DNA of 64,000 bases, taken from NCBI RefSeq assembly GCF_024298765.1, contig NZ_CP101210.1, one strand, 5' to 3'. Source of the DNA: Escherichia coli (lineage in GTDB: Bacteria; Pseudomonadota; Gammaproteobacteria; Enterobacterales; Enterobacteriaceae). Under the pieces are notes generated by a model. That model saw only the letters and a list, made by a program, of their open reading frames with translations, was not told the DNA's origin and made no database searches. The first letter of the stretch is position 1. Each line of letters starts with the position of its first letter. This document shows, in pieces, positions 32,601-43,575 of the stretch. Position numbers and translations under genes: made by a program.

Positions 32601-32943
32601 AAATAAAATGACAATAATGCGGTGGATTATATAGGCATAAAAGATAAATGAGATAGTATTTTCATCAGTGTGAAAATGAACATTGATTTAAATAATGAGT
32701 TTGAGTTTTTTTGTTTTTATTGTGAATGATATTTAATTTATGAATATATTAAGAAGAAGCCTTGTCCGGTCGCCTTAAATCGACAAAAGGCATTGTGGCG
32801 CTTCTGTGTAGTCTCTGACCTTATCGTAATCATTAATAATACTATTTATTCGTCGTTTGTATTCATTGGGTTGATTGTTAAGGTGCCGTTCGTTGCTGTT
32901 GCAACCTGTTTGTCACCGTTAATTATTTGTTACCCACAGAACT
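32601..32943. promoter_or_regulatory. AT-rich divergent intergenic region (promoters for lipid operon and yghO)
   Basis: About 340 bp markedly AT-rich with A/T tracts, flanked by divergent start codons. Confidence 0.5.
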
Positions 32944-34086
32944 ATGGAATGCGATCTGCTGATGATTAAAATTGAAAAAGTAATTAATAAAAATGACCTT
33001 AAGGCATTTATCGCTTTTCCGTCATCACTTTATCCCGACGATCCAAACTGGATACCCCCTTTATTCATTGAACGCAACGAGCATTTGTCTGCGAAAAATC
33101 CGGGGACGGACCATATCATCTGGCAGGCGTGGGTGGCAAAAAAAGCGGGGCAGATAGTTGGGCGTATTACCGCGCAAATCGATACCTTGCACCGCGAGCG
33201 TTACGGCAAAGATACCGGTCATTTCGGCATGATTGACGCCATTGATGATCCGCAGGTTTTTGCCGCGTTGTTTGGCGCAGCGGAAGCGTGGTTGAAGTCA
33301 CAAGGTGCAAGTAAGATCAGCGGTCCTTTCAGCCTGAATATCAATCAGGAAAGCGGATTACTGATTGAAGGTTTCGATACACCACCCAGTGCGATGATGC
33401 CACACGGTAAACCGTGGTATGCCGCGCATATTGAACAACTGGGTTATCACAAAGGCATTGATTTACTGGCGTGGTGGATGCAGCGAACCGATCTCACTTT
33501 CTCTCCGGCGCTAAAAAAACTGATGGATCAGGTGCGCAAAAAAGTGACCATTCGCTGCATCAATCGCCAGCGGTTTGCCGAAGAGATACAGATCCTGCGT
33601 GAGATTTTCAATTCTGGCTGGCAGCACAACTGGGGATTTGTGCCGTTTACCGAACATGAATTCGCGACCATGGGCGATCAACTTAAATATCTGGTGCCGG
33701 ACGATATGATCTACATCGCTGAGATTGATTCTGCACCCTGCGCGTTTATTGTTGGCTTGCCGAACATCAACGAGGCGATTGCCGATCTGAACGGATCGCT
33801 CTTTCCCTTCGGCTGGGCAAAATTGCTGTGGCGTTTGAAAGTCAGCGGTGTGCGAACTGCGCGAGTGCCGCTGATGGGCGTGCGGGACGAGTATCAGTTC
33901 AGCCGCATCGGCCCGGTAATTGCGCTGTTATTGATTGAAGCCTTACGCGATCCGTTTGCCCGTCGGAAGATCGATGCGCTGGAGATGTCATGGATCCTCG
34001 AAACCAATACAGGCATGAATAACATGCTGGAACGCATTGGGGCGGAGCCGTACAAGCGTTACCGATTGTATGAAAAGCAGATTTGA
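32944..34086 (+). CDS. yghO: GNAT-fold acyltransferase-like protein (uninterrupted reading frame)
   Basis: 380-aa ORF from ATG 32944 (alternative ATG 32962); divergent from lipid operon. Confidence 0.65.
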   Translation: MECDLLMIKIEKVINKNDLKAFIAFPSSLYPDDPNWIPPLFIERNEHLSAKNPGTDHIIWQAWVAKKAGQIVGRITAQIDTLHRERYGKDTGHFGMIDAIDDPQVFAALFGAAEAWLKSQGASKISGPFSLNINQESGLLIEGFDTPPSAMMPHGKPWYAAHIEQLGYHKGIDLLAWWMQRTDLTFSPALKKLMDQVRKKVTIRCINRQRFAEEIQILREIFNSGWQHNWGFVPFTEHEFATMGDQLKYLVPDDMIYIAEIDSAPCAFIVGLPNINEAIADLNGSLFPFGWAKLLWRLKVSGVRTARVPLMGVRDEYQFSRIGPVIALLLIEALRDPFARRKIDALEMSWILETNTGMNNMLERIGAEPYKRYRLYEKQI

Positions 34087-34092
34087 TGGCAG

Positions 34093-34857
34093 TCACCCCT
34101 GCTTCATCTCCAGCGGCACCGCCGAGCGAATCAAATGGTGGCCTTCCAGCTCGATATCGTGGAGATTCTTTTTCACGGTCCGCACATGATCACGTGCTGC
34201 GCGCTGGGCGACGTGCGGCAGCCGCTGCAACACCGCGTTGTAGATCCGCGCATGCTGGCGATCGATCTGCTTTTTTTGCTGTGGTCGATGGTAGAGATTA
34301 TTTACGCTGGCAAACACTGAATTAAACATCAGATCGGTCAATGATTGCAGCGTAAACACCAGCACCTGATTGTGAGAAGCCTGACAAATGGCGAGATGGA
34401 AAGCGTGATCCAACTGCGCATGTTCGATCAGCGAAATCTCTTTGTTGTTCTCACTGGCGGCGAGCATTTTTTCATAACAGCGGGTTATCACAACAAAATC
34501 AGCCTGGGTTCCCAGCGTTGCCGCCAGCCTTGCCGATTCGCCCTCCAGTAATGCGCGAACGTCGAGCAGATCGTACAGCGTTCGCGGCTGCGTACTGAAC
34601 AGATGGATCAGCGGGCTGGCGTCCTGCACCCGATTAAGCCGTGCGACACGAGAATCGCGACCCTGCGCCGTTTCAATAATCCCGCGCCCGCGCAGCACGG
34701 TCAGCCCTTCACGCAGTGCGGAGCGTGAGAAGCCGAGCTTTTCACACAGTCGACGTTCCGAGGGAAGCGGCTGACCGACCTTCAACACGCCGTCGATAAT
34801 TAACCGTTCGATACTCTCTGCAACCACTTCGCAAATAGGGCGACGTTCATCTTTCAT
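34093..34857 (-). CDS. glcC: GntR-family glycolate operon activator
   Basis: ATG (MKDERRPICEVVAE) at 34857, 254 aa; N-terminal wHTH, FadR-like C-terminal domain. Confidence 0.85.
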   Translation of the reverse strand: MKDERRPICEVVAESIERLIIDGVLKVGQPLPSERRLCEKLGFSRSALREGLTVLRGRGIIETAQGRDSRVARLNRVQDASPLIHLFSTQPRTLYDLLDVRALLEGESARLAATLGTQADFVVITRCYEKMLAASENNKEISLIEHAQLDHAFHLAICQASHNQVLVFTLQSLTDLMFNSVFASVNNLYHRPQQKKQIDRQHARIYNAVLQRLPHVAQRAARDHVRTVKKNLHDIELEGHHLIRSAVPLEMKQG

Positions 34858-35107
34858 TCCCGGACCTCGTGCACAGGTAGGACCAATTTTTCTGTTCTTA
34901 ACTCGCAAAACACGCACATCACGCAAGTGATTATGTTACATCAATTTAACATTAAGTTAACCAAGGCAAGGTCACAGAGCTGGAAAAAAAATGGTCTGAC
35001 CGGTAGCTAAAGAGATAGACGAAAACGAAAAGCCCGCTTAATAACTGTTCACAGAAGCAGCGCGCAAAAATCAGCTGCCACACAACACAACAAAGCGAAG
35101 CCTATTC

Positions 35108-36607
35108 ATGAGCATCTTGTACGAAGAGCGTCTTGATGGCGCTTTACCCGATGTCGACCGCACATCGGTACTGATGGCACTGCGTGAGCATGTCCCTGGA
35201 CTTGAGATCCTGCATACCGATGAGGAGATCATTCCTTACGAGTGTGACGGGTTGAGCGCGTATCGCACGCGTCCATTACTGGTTGTTTTGCCAAAGCAGA
35301 TGGAACAGGTGACGGCGATTCTGGCTGTCTGCCACCGCCTGCGTGTACCGGTCGTGACCCGTGGTGCAGGCACCGGGCTTTCTGGTGGCGCGCTGCCTCT
35401 GGAAAAAGGTGTGTTGTTGGTGATGGCGCGCTTTAAAGAGATCCTCGACATTAACCCCGTTGGTCGCCGCGCGCGCGTGCAGCCGGGCGTGCGTAACCTG
35501 GCGATCTCCCAGGCCGTTGCGCCGCATAATCTCTATTACGCGCCGGATCCTTCCTCACAAATCGCCTGTTCAATTGGCGGCAATGTGGCGGAAAATGCCG
35601 GTGGCGTTCACTGCCTGAAATATGGTCTGACCGTACAGAACCTGCTGAAAATTGAAGTGCAAACGCTGGACGGCGAGGCGCTGACGCTGGGATCGGATGC
35701 GCTGGATTCGCCTGGTTTTGACCTGCTGGCGCTGTTCACCGGATCGGAAGGTATGCTCGGCGTGACCACCGAAGTGACGGTAAAACTGCTGCCGAAGCCG
35801 CCCGTGGCGCGGGTTCTGTTAGCCAGCTTTGACTCGGTAGAAAAAGCCGGACTTGCGGTTGGTGACATCATCGCCAATGGCATTATCCCCGGCGGGCTGG
35901 AGATGATGGATAACCTGTCGATTCGCGCGGCGGAAGATTTTATTCATGCCGGTTATCCCGTCGATGCCGAAGCGATTTTGTTATGCGAACTGGACGGCGT
36001 GGAGTCTGACGTACAGGAAGACTGCGAGCGAGTTAACGACATCTTGTTGAACGCGGGTGCGACTGACGTCCGTCTGGCACAGGACGAAGCAGAGCGAGTA
36101 CGTTTCTGGGCCGGTCGCAAAAATGCGTTCCCGGCGGTAGGACGTATCTCCCCGGATTACTACTGCATGGATGGCACCATCCCGCGCCGCGCCCTGCCTG
36201 GCGTACTGGAAGGCATTGCCCGTTTATCGCAGCAATATGATTTACGCGTTGCCAACGTCTTTCATGCCGGAGACGGCAACATGCACCCGTTAATCCTTTT
36301 CGATGCCAACGAACCCGGTGAATTTGCCCGCGCGGAAGAACTGGGCGGGAAGATCCTCGAACTCTGCGTTGAAGTTGGCGGCAGCATCAGTGGGGAACAT
36401 GGCATCGGGCGCGAAAAAATCAATCAAATGTGCGCCCAGTTCAACAGCGATGAAATCACGACCTTCCATGCGGTCAAGGCGGCGTTTGACCCCGATGGTT
36501 TGCTGAACCCAGGAAAAAACATTCCCACGCTACACCGCTGTGCTGAATTTGGTGCCATGCATGTGCATCACGGTCATTTACCTTTTCCTGAACTGGAGCG
36601 TTTCTGA
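35108..36607 (+). CDS. glcD: glycolate oxidase FAD-binding subunit
   Basis: 499 aa; FAD-binding PCMH-type sequence. Confidence 0.9.
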   Translation: MSILYEERLDGALPDVDRTSVLMALREHVPGLEILHTDEEIIPYECDGLSAYRTRPLLVVLPKQMEQVTAILAVCHRLRVPVVTRGAGTGLSGGALPLEKGVLLVMARFKEILDINPVGRRARVQPGVRNLAISQAVAPHNLYYAPDPSSQIACSIGGNVAENAGGVHCLKYGLTVQNLLKIEVQTLDGEALTLGSDALDSPGFDLLALFTGSEGMLGVTTEVTVKLLPKPPVARVLLASFDSVEKAGLAVGDIIANGIIPGGLEMMDNLSIRAAEDFIHAGYPVDAEAILLCELDGVESDVQEDCERVNDILLNAGATDVRLAQDEAERVRFWAGRKNAFPAVGRISPDYYCMDGTIPRRALPGVLEGIARLSQQYDLRVANVFHAGDGNMHPLILFDANEPGEFARAEELGGKILELCVEVGGSISGEHGIGREKINQMCAQFNSDEITTFHAVKAAFDPDGLLNPGKNIPTLHRCAEFGAMHVHHGHLPFPELERF

Positions 36608-37659
36608 TGCTACGCGAGTGTGATTACAGCCAGGCGCTGCTGGAGCAGGTGAATCAGGCGATTAGCGATAAAACGCCGCTGGTGATTCAGGGCAGCAATA
36701 GCAAAGCCTTTTTAGGTCGCCCTGTCACCGGGCAAACGCTGGATGTGCGTTGTCATCGCGGCATTGTTAATTACGACCCGACCGAGCTGGTGATAACCGC
36801 GCGTGCCGGAACGCCGCTGGTGGCGATTGAAGCAGCGCTGGAGAGCGCCGGGCAAATGCTCCCCTGCGAGCCGCCGCATTATGGTGAAGAAGCCACCTGG
36901 GGCGGGATGGTCGCTTGCGGGCTGGCGGGGCCGCGTCGCCCGTGGAGTGGTTCGGTCCGCGATTTTGTCCTCGGCACGCGCATCATTACCGGCACTGGAA
37001 AACATCTGCGTTTTGGTGGCGAAGTGATGAAAAACGTTGCCGGATACGATCTCTCACGGTTAATGGCCGGAAGCTACGGTTGTCTTGGCGTGCTCACTGA
37101 AATCTCGATGAAAGTGTTACCGCGACCACGCGCCACCCTGAGTCTGCGTCGGGAAATCAGCCTGCAAGAAGCCATGAATGAAATCGCCCAGTGGCAACTC
37201 CAGCCATTACCCATTAGTGGCTTATGTTACTTCGACAATGCGTTGTGGATCCTCCTTGAGGGCGGCGGTGGATCGGTAAAAGCAGCGCGTGAACTGCTGG
37301 GGGGCGAAGAGGTTGCGGGTCAGTTCTGGCAGCAATTGCGTGAACAACAACTGCCGTTCTTCTCGTTACCAGGTACCTTATGGCGCATTTCCTTACCCAG
37401 CGATGCGCCGATGATAGATTTACCCGGCGAGCAACTGATCGACTGGGGCGGGGCGCTACGCTGGCTGAAATCGACAGCCGATGACAATCAAATCCATCGC
37501 ATCGCCCGCAACGCTGGCGGTCATGCGACCCGCTTTAGTGCCGGAGATGGTGGTTTTGCCCCGCTACCGGCTCCTTTATTCCGCTATCACCAGCAGCTTA
37601 AACAGCAGCTCGACCCTTGCGGCGTGTTTAACCCCGGTCGCATGTACGCGGAACTTTGA
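36607..37659 (+). CDS. glcE: glycolate oxidase subunit GlcE
   Basis: 350 aa; ATG overlaps glcD stop. Confidence 0.88.
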   Translation: MLRECDYSQALLEQVNQAISDKTPLVIQGSNSKAFLGRPVTGQTLDVRCHRGIVNYDPTELVITARAGTPLVAIEAALESAGQMLPCEPPHYGEEATWGGMVACGLAGPRRPWSGSVRDFVLGTRIITGTGKHLRFGGEVMKNVAGYDLSRLMAGSYGCLGVLTEISMKVLPRPRATLSLRREISLQEAMNEIAQWQLQPLPISGLCYFDNALWILLEGGGGSVKAARELLGGEEVAGQFWQQLREQQLPFFSLPGTLWRISLPSDAPMIDLPGEQLIDWGGALRWLKSTADDNQIHRIARNAGGHATRFSAGDGGFAPLPAPLFRYHQQLKQQLDPCGVFNPGRMYAEL

Positions 37660-37669
37660 GGAGCAGGCT

Positions 37670-38893
37670 ATGCAAACCCGATTAACAGAAGAGATGCGGC
37701 AGAACGCGCGCGCGCTGGAAGCCGACAGCATCCTGCGCGCCTGTGTTCACTGCGGATTTTGTACCGCAACCTGCCCAACCTATCAGCTTCTGGGCGATGA
37801 ACTGGACGGGCCGCGCGGGCGCATCTATCTGATTAAACAGGTACTGGAAGGCAACGAAGTCACGCTTAAAACACAGGAGCATCTCGATCGCTGTCTCACT
37901 TGCCGCAATTGTGAAACCACCTGTCCTTCTGGTGTGTGTTATCACAATTTGCTGGATATCGGGCGTGATATTGTCGAGCAGAAAGTGAAACGCCCACTGC
38001 CGGAGCGAATGCTGCGCGAAGGATTGCGCCAGGTAGTGCCGCGTCCGGCGGTCTTCCGTGCGCTGACGCAGGTAGGGCTGGTGCTGCGACCGTTTTTACC
38101 GGAACAGGTCAGAGCAAAACTGCCTGCTGAAACCGTGAAAGCTAAACCGCGTCCACCGCTGCGCCATAAGCGTCGGGTTTTAATGCTGGAAGGCTGCGCC
38201 CAGCCTACGCTTTCGCCCAACACCAACGCGGCAACTGCGCGAGTGCTGGATCGTCTGGGGATCAGCGTCATGCCAGCTAACGAAGCAGGCTGTTGTGGCG
38301 CGGTGGACTATCATCTTAATGCGCAAGAGAAAGGGTTAGCGCGGGCGCGCAATAATATTGATGCCTGGTGGCCCGCGATTGAAGCAGGTGCCGAGGCAAT
38401 TTTGCAAACCGCCAGCGGTTGCGGCGCGTTCGTTAAAGAGTATGGGCAGATGCTGAAAAACGATGCGTTGTATGCCGATAAAGCGCGTCAGGTCAGTGAG
38501 CTGGCGGTCGATTTAGTCGAACTTCTGCGCAAGGAACCACTGGAAAAACTGGCAATTCGCGGTGATAAAAAACTGGCCTTCCACTGCCCGTGTACCCTAC
38601 AACATGCGCAAAAGCTGAACGGCGAAGTGGAAAAAGTGTTATTTCGTCTTGGATTTACCTTAACGGACGTTCCCGACAGCCATCTGTGCTGCGGTTCAGC
38701 GGGAACATATGCGTTAACGCATCCCGATCTGGCACGCCAGCTGCGGGATAACAAAATGAATGCGCTGGAAAGCGGCAAACCGGAAATGATCGTCACCGCC
38801 AACATTGGTTGCCAGACGCATCTGGCGAGCGCCGGTCGTACCTCTGTGCGTCACTGGATTGAAATTGTAGAACAAGCCCTTGAAAAGGAATAA
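37670..38893 (+). CDS. glcF: glycolate oxidase iron-sulfur subunit
   Basis: ATG at 37670 (MQTRLTEEMRQ), 407 aa; CxxCxxCxxxCP clusters. Confidence 0.88.
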   Translation: MQTRLTEEMRQNARALEADSILRACVHCGFCTATCPTYQLLGDELDGPRGRIYLIKQVLEGNEVTLKTQEHLDRCLTCRNCETTCPSGVCYHNLLDIGRDIVEQKVKRPLPERMLREGLRQVVPRPAVFRALTQVGLVLRPFLPEQVRAKLPAETVKAKPRPPLRHKRRVLMLEGCAQPTLSPNTNAATARVLDRLGISVMPANEAGCCGAVDYHLNAQEKGLARARNNIDAWWPAIEAGAEAILQTASGCGAFVKEYGQMLKNDALYADKARQVSELAVDLVELLRKEPLEKLAIRGDKKLAFHCPCTLQHAQKLNGEVEKVLFRLGFTLTDVPDSHLCCGSAGTYALTHPDLARQLRDNKMNALESGKPEMIVTANIGCQTHLASAGRTSVRHWIEIVEQALEKE

Positions 38894-38897
38894 CAAA

Positions 38898-39302
38898 ATG
38901 AAAACTAAAGTCATTCTTAGCCAGCAAATGGCGAGTGCAATTATTGCCGCAGGTCAGGAAGAGGCGCAGAAAAACAACTGGTCTGTTTCCATTGCTGTTG
39001 CCGATGACGGCGGTCATCTGCTGGCGTTAAGTCGCATGGACGATTGCGCGCCGATTGCGGCTTACATCTCCCAGGAGAAAGCGCGTACCGCCGCGCTGGG
39101 GCGTCGTGAAACTAAGGGCTATGAAGAGATGGTGAACAACGGACGTACCGCGTTCGTGACTGCGCCGTTACTGACGTCGCTGGAAGGCGGCGTACCGGTT
39201 GTTGTTGATGGGCAAATTATTGGTGCCGTGGGCGTTTCTGGTTTAACCGGAGCACAGGATGCGCAGGTCGCGAAAGCGGCAGCAGCGGTGTTGGCGAAAT
39301 AA
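38898..39302 (+). CDS. glcG: GlcG protein (haem-degrading-like, DUF336)
   Basis: ATG at 38898 (MKTKVILSQQ), 134 aa. Confidence 0.85.
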   Translation: MKTKVILSQQMASAIIAAGQEEAQKNNWSVSIAVADDGGHLLALSRMDDCAPIAAYISQEKARTAALGRRETKGYEEMVNNGRTAFVTAPLLTSLEGGVPVVVDGQIIGAVGVSGLTGAQDAQVAKAAAAVLAK

Positions 39303-39323
39303 GCGAAAACGAGGAGAGAAACA

Positions 39324-41495
39324 ATGAGTCAAACCATAACCCAGGGCCGTTTACGCATTGACGCCAATTTTAAACGTTTTGTGGATGAAGAAGTTTTGCC
39401 GGGCGTGGAACTGGACGCTGCCGCGTTCTGGCGCAATGTTGATGAGATCGTTCACGATCTGGCGCCAGAGAATCGTCAGTTGCTGGCAGAGCGTGATCGC
39501 ATTCAGGCGGCGCTTGATGAGTGGCATCGCAGCAATCCGGGGCCGGTAAAAGATAAAGCGGCCTATAAATCTTTCCTGCGTGAACTGGGCTACCTGGTGC
39601 CACAGCCTGACCACGTTACGGTGGAAACCACGGGCATCGACAGCGAAATCACCAGTCAGGCGGGGCCACAGCTGGTGGTTCCGGCGATGAACGCCCGCTA
39701 CGCGCTGAACGCGGCGAACGCTCGCTGGGGCTCACTGTACGATGCGTTATACGGCAGTGACATCATCCCGCAGGAAGGGGCGATGGTCAGCGGCTACGAT
39801 CCGCAGCGTGGTGAGCAGGTTATCGCCTGGGTTCGGCGTTTCCTCGATGAATCACTACCGCTGGAAAACGGCAGCTATCAGGATGTGGTGGCGTTTAAGG
39901 TGGTCGATAAACAATTACGCATCCAGTTGAAAAATGGTAAAGAAACCACGTTACGTACTCCAGCACAGTTTGTCGGTTACCGTGGCGATACTGCTGCGCT
40001 GACCTGCATTTTGCTGAAAAATAACGGCCTGCATATTGAGCTACAAATCGATGCCAACGGGCGGATTGGCAAAGACGATTCGGCGCACATCAACGATGTT
40101 ATCGTCGAAGCGGCCATCAGTACCATTCTCGACTGCGAAGATTCGGTTGCGGCGGTTGATGCGGAAGATAAAATCCTGCTGTACCGCAACCTGCTGGGCC
40201 TGATGCAGGGGACTCTGCAAGAGAAAATGGAGAAGAACGGTCGGCAAATCGTGCGTAAACTGAATGACGATCGTCAGTACACTGCCGCCGATGGATCTGA
40301 AATTTCTCTGCACGGACGCTCGTTGCTGTTTATCCGCAACGTGGGTCATTTGATGACCATTCCTGTGATTTGGGACAGCGAAGGCAATGAAATCCCGGAA
40401 GGCATTCTTGATGGCGTCATGACTGGCGCGATTGCCCTCTATGATTTAAAAGTGCAGAAAAACTCGCGCACTGGCAGCGTCTATATTGTGAAACCGAAAA
40501 TGCACGGTCCGCAGGAAGTGGCGTTCGCCAACAAACTGTTTTCCCGCGTTGAGACAATGCTCGGTATGGCACCGAATACCCTGAAAATGGGCATTATGGA
40601 TGAAGAACGCCGGACCTCGCTGAACTTGCGTAGCTGTATCGCTCAGGCGCGCAACCGCGTGGCGTTCATCAATACCGGTTTCCTCGACCGTACCGGCGAT
40701 GAAATGCATTCGGTGATGGAAGCGGGCCCGATGCTGCGTAAAAACCAGATGAAATCGACGCCGTGGATCAAAGCCTACGAACGTAATAACGTGCTTTCCG
40801 GTCTGTTCTGTGGGCTACGTGGAAAAGCGCAAATCGGTAAAGGCATGTGGGCAATGCCGGACCTGATGGCAGACATGTACAGCCAGAAGGGCGACCAATT
40901 GCGTGCCGGGGCAAACACGGCCTGGGTTCCGTCGCCAACTGCCGCTACGCTCCATGCGCTACACTACCACCAAACCAACGTACAGAGCGTGCAAGCCAAC
41001 ATTGCCCAGACCGAGTTCAATGCTGAATTTGAACCGCTGCTGGACGATCTGCTGACTATTCCGGTTGCTGAAAACGCTAATTGGTCGGCGCAAGAGATCC
41101 AACAAGAGCTGGATAACAACGTGCAGGGGATTCTGGGGTACGTGGTGCGTTGGGTGGAGCAGGGGATTGGTTGTTCAAAAGTGCCGGATATTCACAACGT
41201 GGCGTTGATGGAAGACCGCGCAACGCTGCGTATTTCCAGCCAGCATATCGCCAACTGGTTACGTCACGGTATTCTGACCAAAGATCAGGTGCAGGCGTCG
41301 CTGGAGAATATGGCGAAAGTGGTTGATCAGCAAAACGCTGGCGATCCGGCTTATCGTCCAATGGTGGAGAATTTCGCTAACTCGTGTGCTTTTAAAGCTG
41401 CCTGCGATTTGATCTTCCTCGGAGTGAAACAGCCAAACGGCTATACCGAACCGTTATTACACGCATGGCGTTTACGCGAAAAAGAAAATCATTAA
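39324..41495 (+). CDS. glcB: malate synthase G
   Basis: 723-aa ORF; sequence recognised. Confidence 0.9.
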   Translation: MSQTITQGRLRIDANFKRFVDEEVLPGVELDAAAFWRNVDEIVHDLAPENRQLLAERDRIQAALDEWHRSNPGPVKDKAAYKSFLRELGYLVPQPDHVTVETTGIDSEITSQAGPQLVVPAMNARYALNAANARWGSLYDALYGSDIIPQEGAMVSGYDPQRGEQVIAWVRRFLDESLPLENGSYQDVVAFKVVDKQLRIQLKNGKETTLRTPAQFVGYRGDTAALTCILLKNNGLHIELQIDANGRIGKDDSAHINDVIVEAAISTILDCEDSVAAVDAEDKILLYRNLLGLMQGTLQEKMEKNGRQIVRKLNDDRQYTAADGSEISLHGRSLLFIRNVGHLMTIPVIWDSEGNEIPEGILDGVMTGAIALYDLKVQKNSRTGSVYIVKPKMHGPQEVAFANKLFSRVETMLGMAPNTLKMGIMDEERRTSLNLRSCIAQARNRVAFINTGFLDRTGDEMHSVMEAGPMLRKNQMKSTPWIKAYERNNVLSGLFCGLRGKAQIGKGMWAMPDLMADMYSQKGDQLRAGANTAWVPSPTAATLHALHYHQTNVQSVQANIAQTEFNAEFEPLLDDLLTIPVAENANWSAQEIQQELDNNVQGILGYVVRWVEQGIGCSKVPDIHNVALMEDRATLRISSQHIANWLRHGILTKDQVQASLENMAKVVDQQNAGDPAYRPMVENFANSCAFKAACDLIFLGVKQPNGYTEPLLHAWRLREKENH

Positions 41496-41850
41496 TAGCG
41501 TCAAAAAAAGCCCCGGCAAGATTTATTGTCGGGGCTATGATAGTAACTGCGGTAGTACATTTATCCCGGAAATAACCGGAGCGATTATCAGGGGTTAACA
41601 ATATTAAATACCCGTAGCGCATCACTAGCGGGATTAAAACAACAATATGGACATCTTAACGATACTCTGCGCCTGCGTGTGCGGAACAGAAACCCTTACC
41701 CGATATACTTGTTATGCCAGAGGTAGCAATTGCGTTAGCGGCGTACTGTTGCTGTAAAGTATAACGCCTATATTTTACAGTTCAGTCCTCTTTTGCTTAT
41801 TACAACCTTAAGTATATCAAGCATATAAAGATAATAAGAGACTGAACAAT

Positions 41851-43533
41851 ATGGTTACCTGGACCCAAATGTATATGCCGATGGGAGGACTGGGGCTATC
41901 CGCTCTGGTCGCCCTGATCCCAATAATATTCTTCTTCGTTGCACTCGCGGTATTACGTCTGAAAGGACATGTCGCTGGAGCAATAACCCTTATATTATCT
42001 ATTCTGATTGCGATATTCGCCTTTAAAATGCCGATTGATATGGCATTTGCTGCTGCGGGCTATGGCTTTATTTATGGTTTATGGCCTATTGCGTGGATTA
42101 TTGTCGCGGCGGTATTCCTGTATAAATTAACCGTTGCCAGCGGCCAGTTCGATATTATCCGCAGCTCGGTTATCTCCATCACCGACGATCAGCGTTTGCA
42201 GGTGTTACTGATTGGTTTCTCCTTTGGTGCGCTGCTGGAAGGGGCGGCTGGCTTTGGCGCGCCGGTGGCGATTACCGGTGCGCTGCTGGTGGGCCTGGGC
42301 TTCAAACCGTTATACGCGGCGGGGCTGTGTCTGATTGCCAATACTGCGCCGGTGGCGTTTGGTGCGTTGGGCGTGCCGATTCTGGTCGCCGGTCAGGTAA
42401 CGGGAATCGATCCGTTCCACATTGGCGCAATGGCGGGACGTCAGTTACCGTTCCTGTCGGTTCTTGTACCGTTCTGGCTGGTAGCAATGATGGACGGCTG
42501 GAAAGGGGTGAAAGAGACGTGGCCAGCGGCGCTGGTTGCTGGGGGAAGCTTCGCTGTCACGCAGTTCTTTACCTCTAACTATATTGGTCCGGAACTGCCG
42601 GATATTACTTCGGCGCTGGTGAGTATCGTCTCACTCGCTTTATTCCTTAAAGTCTGGCGGCCGAAAAATACCGAAACGGCAATCAGCATGGGACAATCCG
42701 CAGGAGCGATGGTGGTGAATAAACCATCTTCTGGCGGTCCCGTGCCTTCAGAATATAGTCTGGGGCAAATCATTCGTGCGTGGTCACCGTTTTTAATCTT
42801 AACGGTGCTGGTCACCATCTGGACCATGAAGCCGTTTAAAGCGTTATTTGCTCCGGGCGGCGCGTTTTATTCACTGGTGATTAATTTCCAGATCCCTCAT
42901 TTGCATCAACAAGTGTTGAAAGCGGCACCCATTGTCGCCCAACCAACGCCAATGGATGCGGTGTTTAAATTCGACCCTCTCTCGGCTGGCGGCACCGCTA
43001 TTTTTATTGCGGCGATTATCTCTATCTTCATCCTCGGCGTGGGCATCAAGAAAGGGATTGGCGTCTTTGCCGAAACGCTAATTAGTCTGAAGTGGCCGAT
43101 ATTGTCGATTGGCATGGTGCTGGCGTTCGCCTTCGTCACCAACTATTCCGGTATGTCCACCACGCTGGCGCTGGTACTGGCAGGTACAGGCGTGATGTTC
43201 CCGTTCTTTTCGCCATTCCTCGGCTGGCTGGGGGTATTCCTTACCGGCTCGGACACCTCCTCTAACGCCCTGTTTGGTTCACTGCAATCGACCACGGCGC
43301 AGCAAATCAACGTCTCTGACACACTGCTGGTGGCAGCAAATACCAGCGGCGGCGTAACTGGCAAGATGATCTCCCCGCAATCTATCGCCGTGGCCTGCGC
43401 CGCGACGGGCATGGTGGGCCGGGAATCTGAACTGTTCCGCTACACCGTGAAGCACAGTCTGATTTTTGCCAGCGTTATCGGCATTATCACGCTGTTGCAG
43501 GCGTATGTGTTTACTGGGATGTTAGTCTCGTAA
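41851..43533 (+). CDS. glcA: glycolate/lactate permease
   Basis: 560 aa polytopic LctP-family ORF. Confidence 0.88.
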   Translation: MVTWTQMYMPMGGLGLSALVALIPIIFFFVALAVLRLKGHVAGAITLILSILIAIFAFKMPIDMAFAAAGYGFIYGLWPIAWIIVAAVFLYKLTVASGQFDIIRSSVISITDDQRLQVLLIGFSFGALLEGAAGFGAPVAITGALLVGLGFKPLYAAGLCLIANTAPVAFGALGVPILVAGQVTGIDPFHIGAMAGRQLPFLSVLVPFWLVAMMDGWKGVKETWPAALVAGGSFAVTQFFTSNYIGPELPDITSALVSIVSLALFLKVWRPKNTETAISMGQSAGAMVVNKPSSGGPVPSEYSLGQIIRAWSPFLILTVLVTIWTMKPFKALFAPGGAFYSLVINFQIPHLHQQVLKAAPIVAQPTPMDAVFKFDPLSAGGTAIFIAAIISIFILGVGIKKGIGVFAETLISLKWPILSIGMVLAFAFVTNYSGMSTTLALVLAGTGVMFPFFSPFLGWLGVFLTGSDTSSNALFGSLQSTTAQQINVSDTLLVAANTSGGVTGKMISPQSIAVACAATGMVGRESELFRYTVKHSLIFASVIGIITLLQAYVFTGMLVS

Positions 43534-43542
43534 ATCAATAAT

Positions 43543-43575
43543 GCCGGATGATCGTTAATATCATCCGGCTTCATT
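43543..43575 (+). terminator. rho-independent terminator downstream of glcA
   Basis: gccggatgat...atcatccggc hairpin followed by T-rich stretch. Confidence 0.5.

Noticed and set aside
41496-41850. Possible small gene or sRNA in the 355-bp glcB–glcA gap
   Set aside because: Only an imperfect hairpin (41509–41535) without a T-run and AT-rich promoter-like DNA; no ORF with an RBS; more likely the glcA promoter/leader
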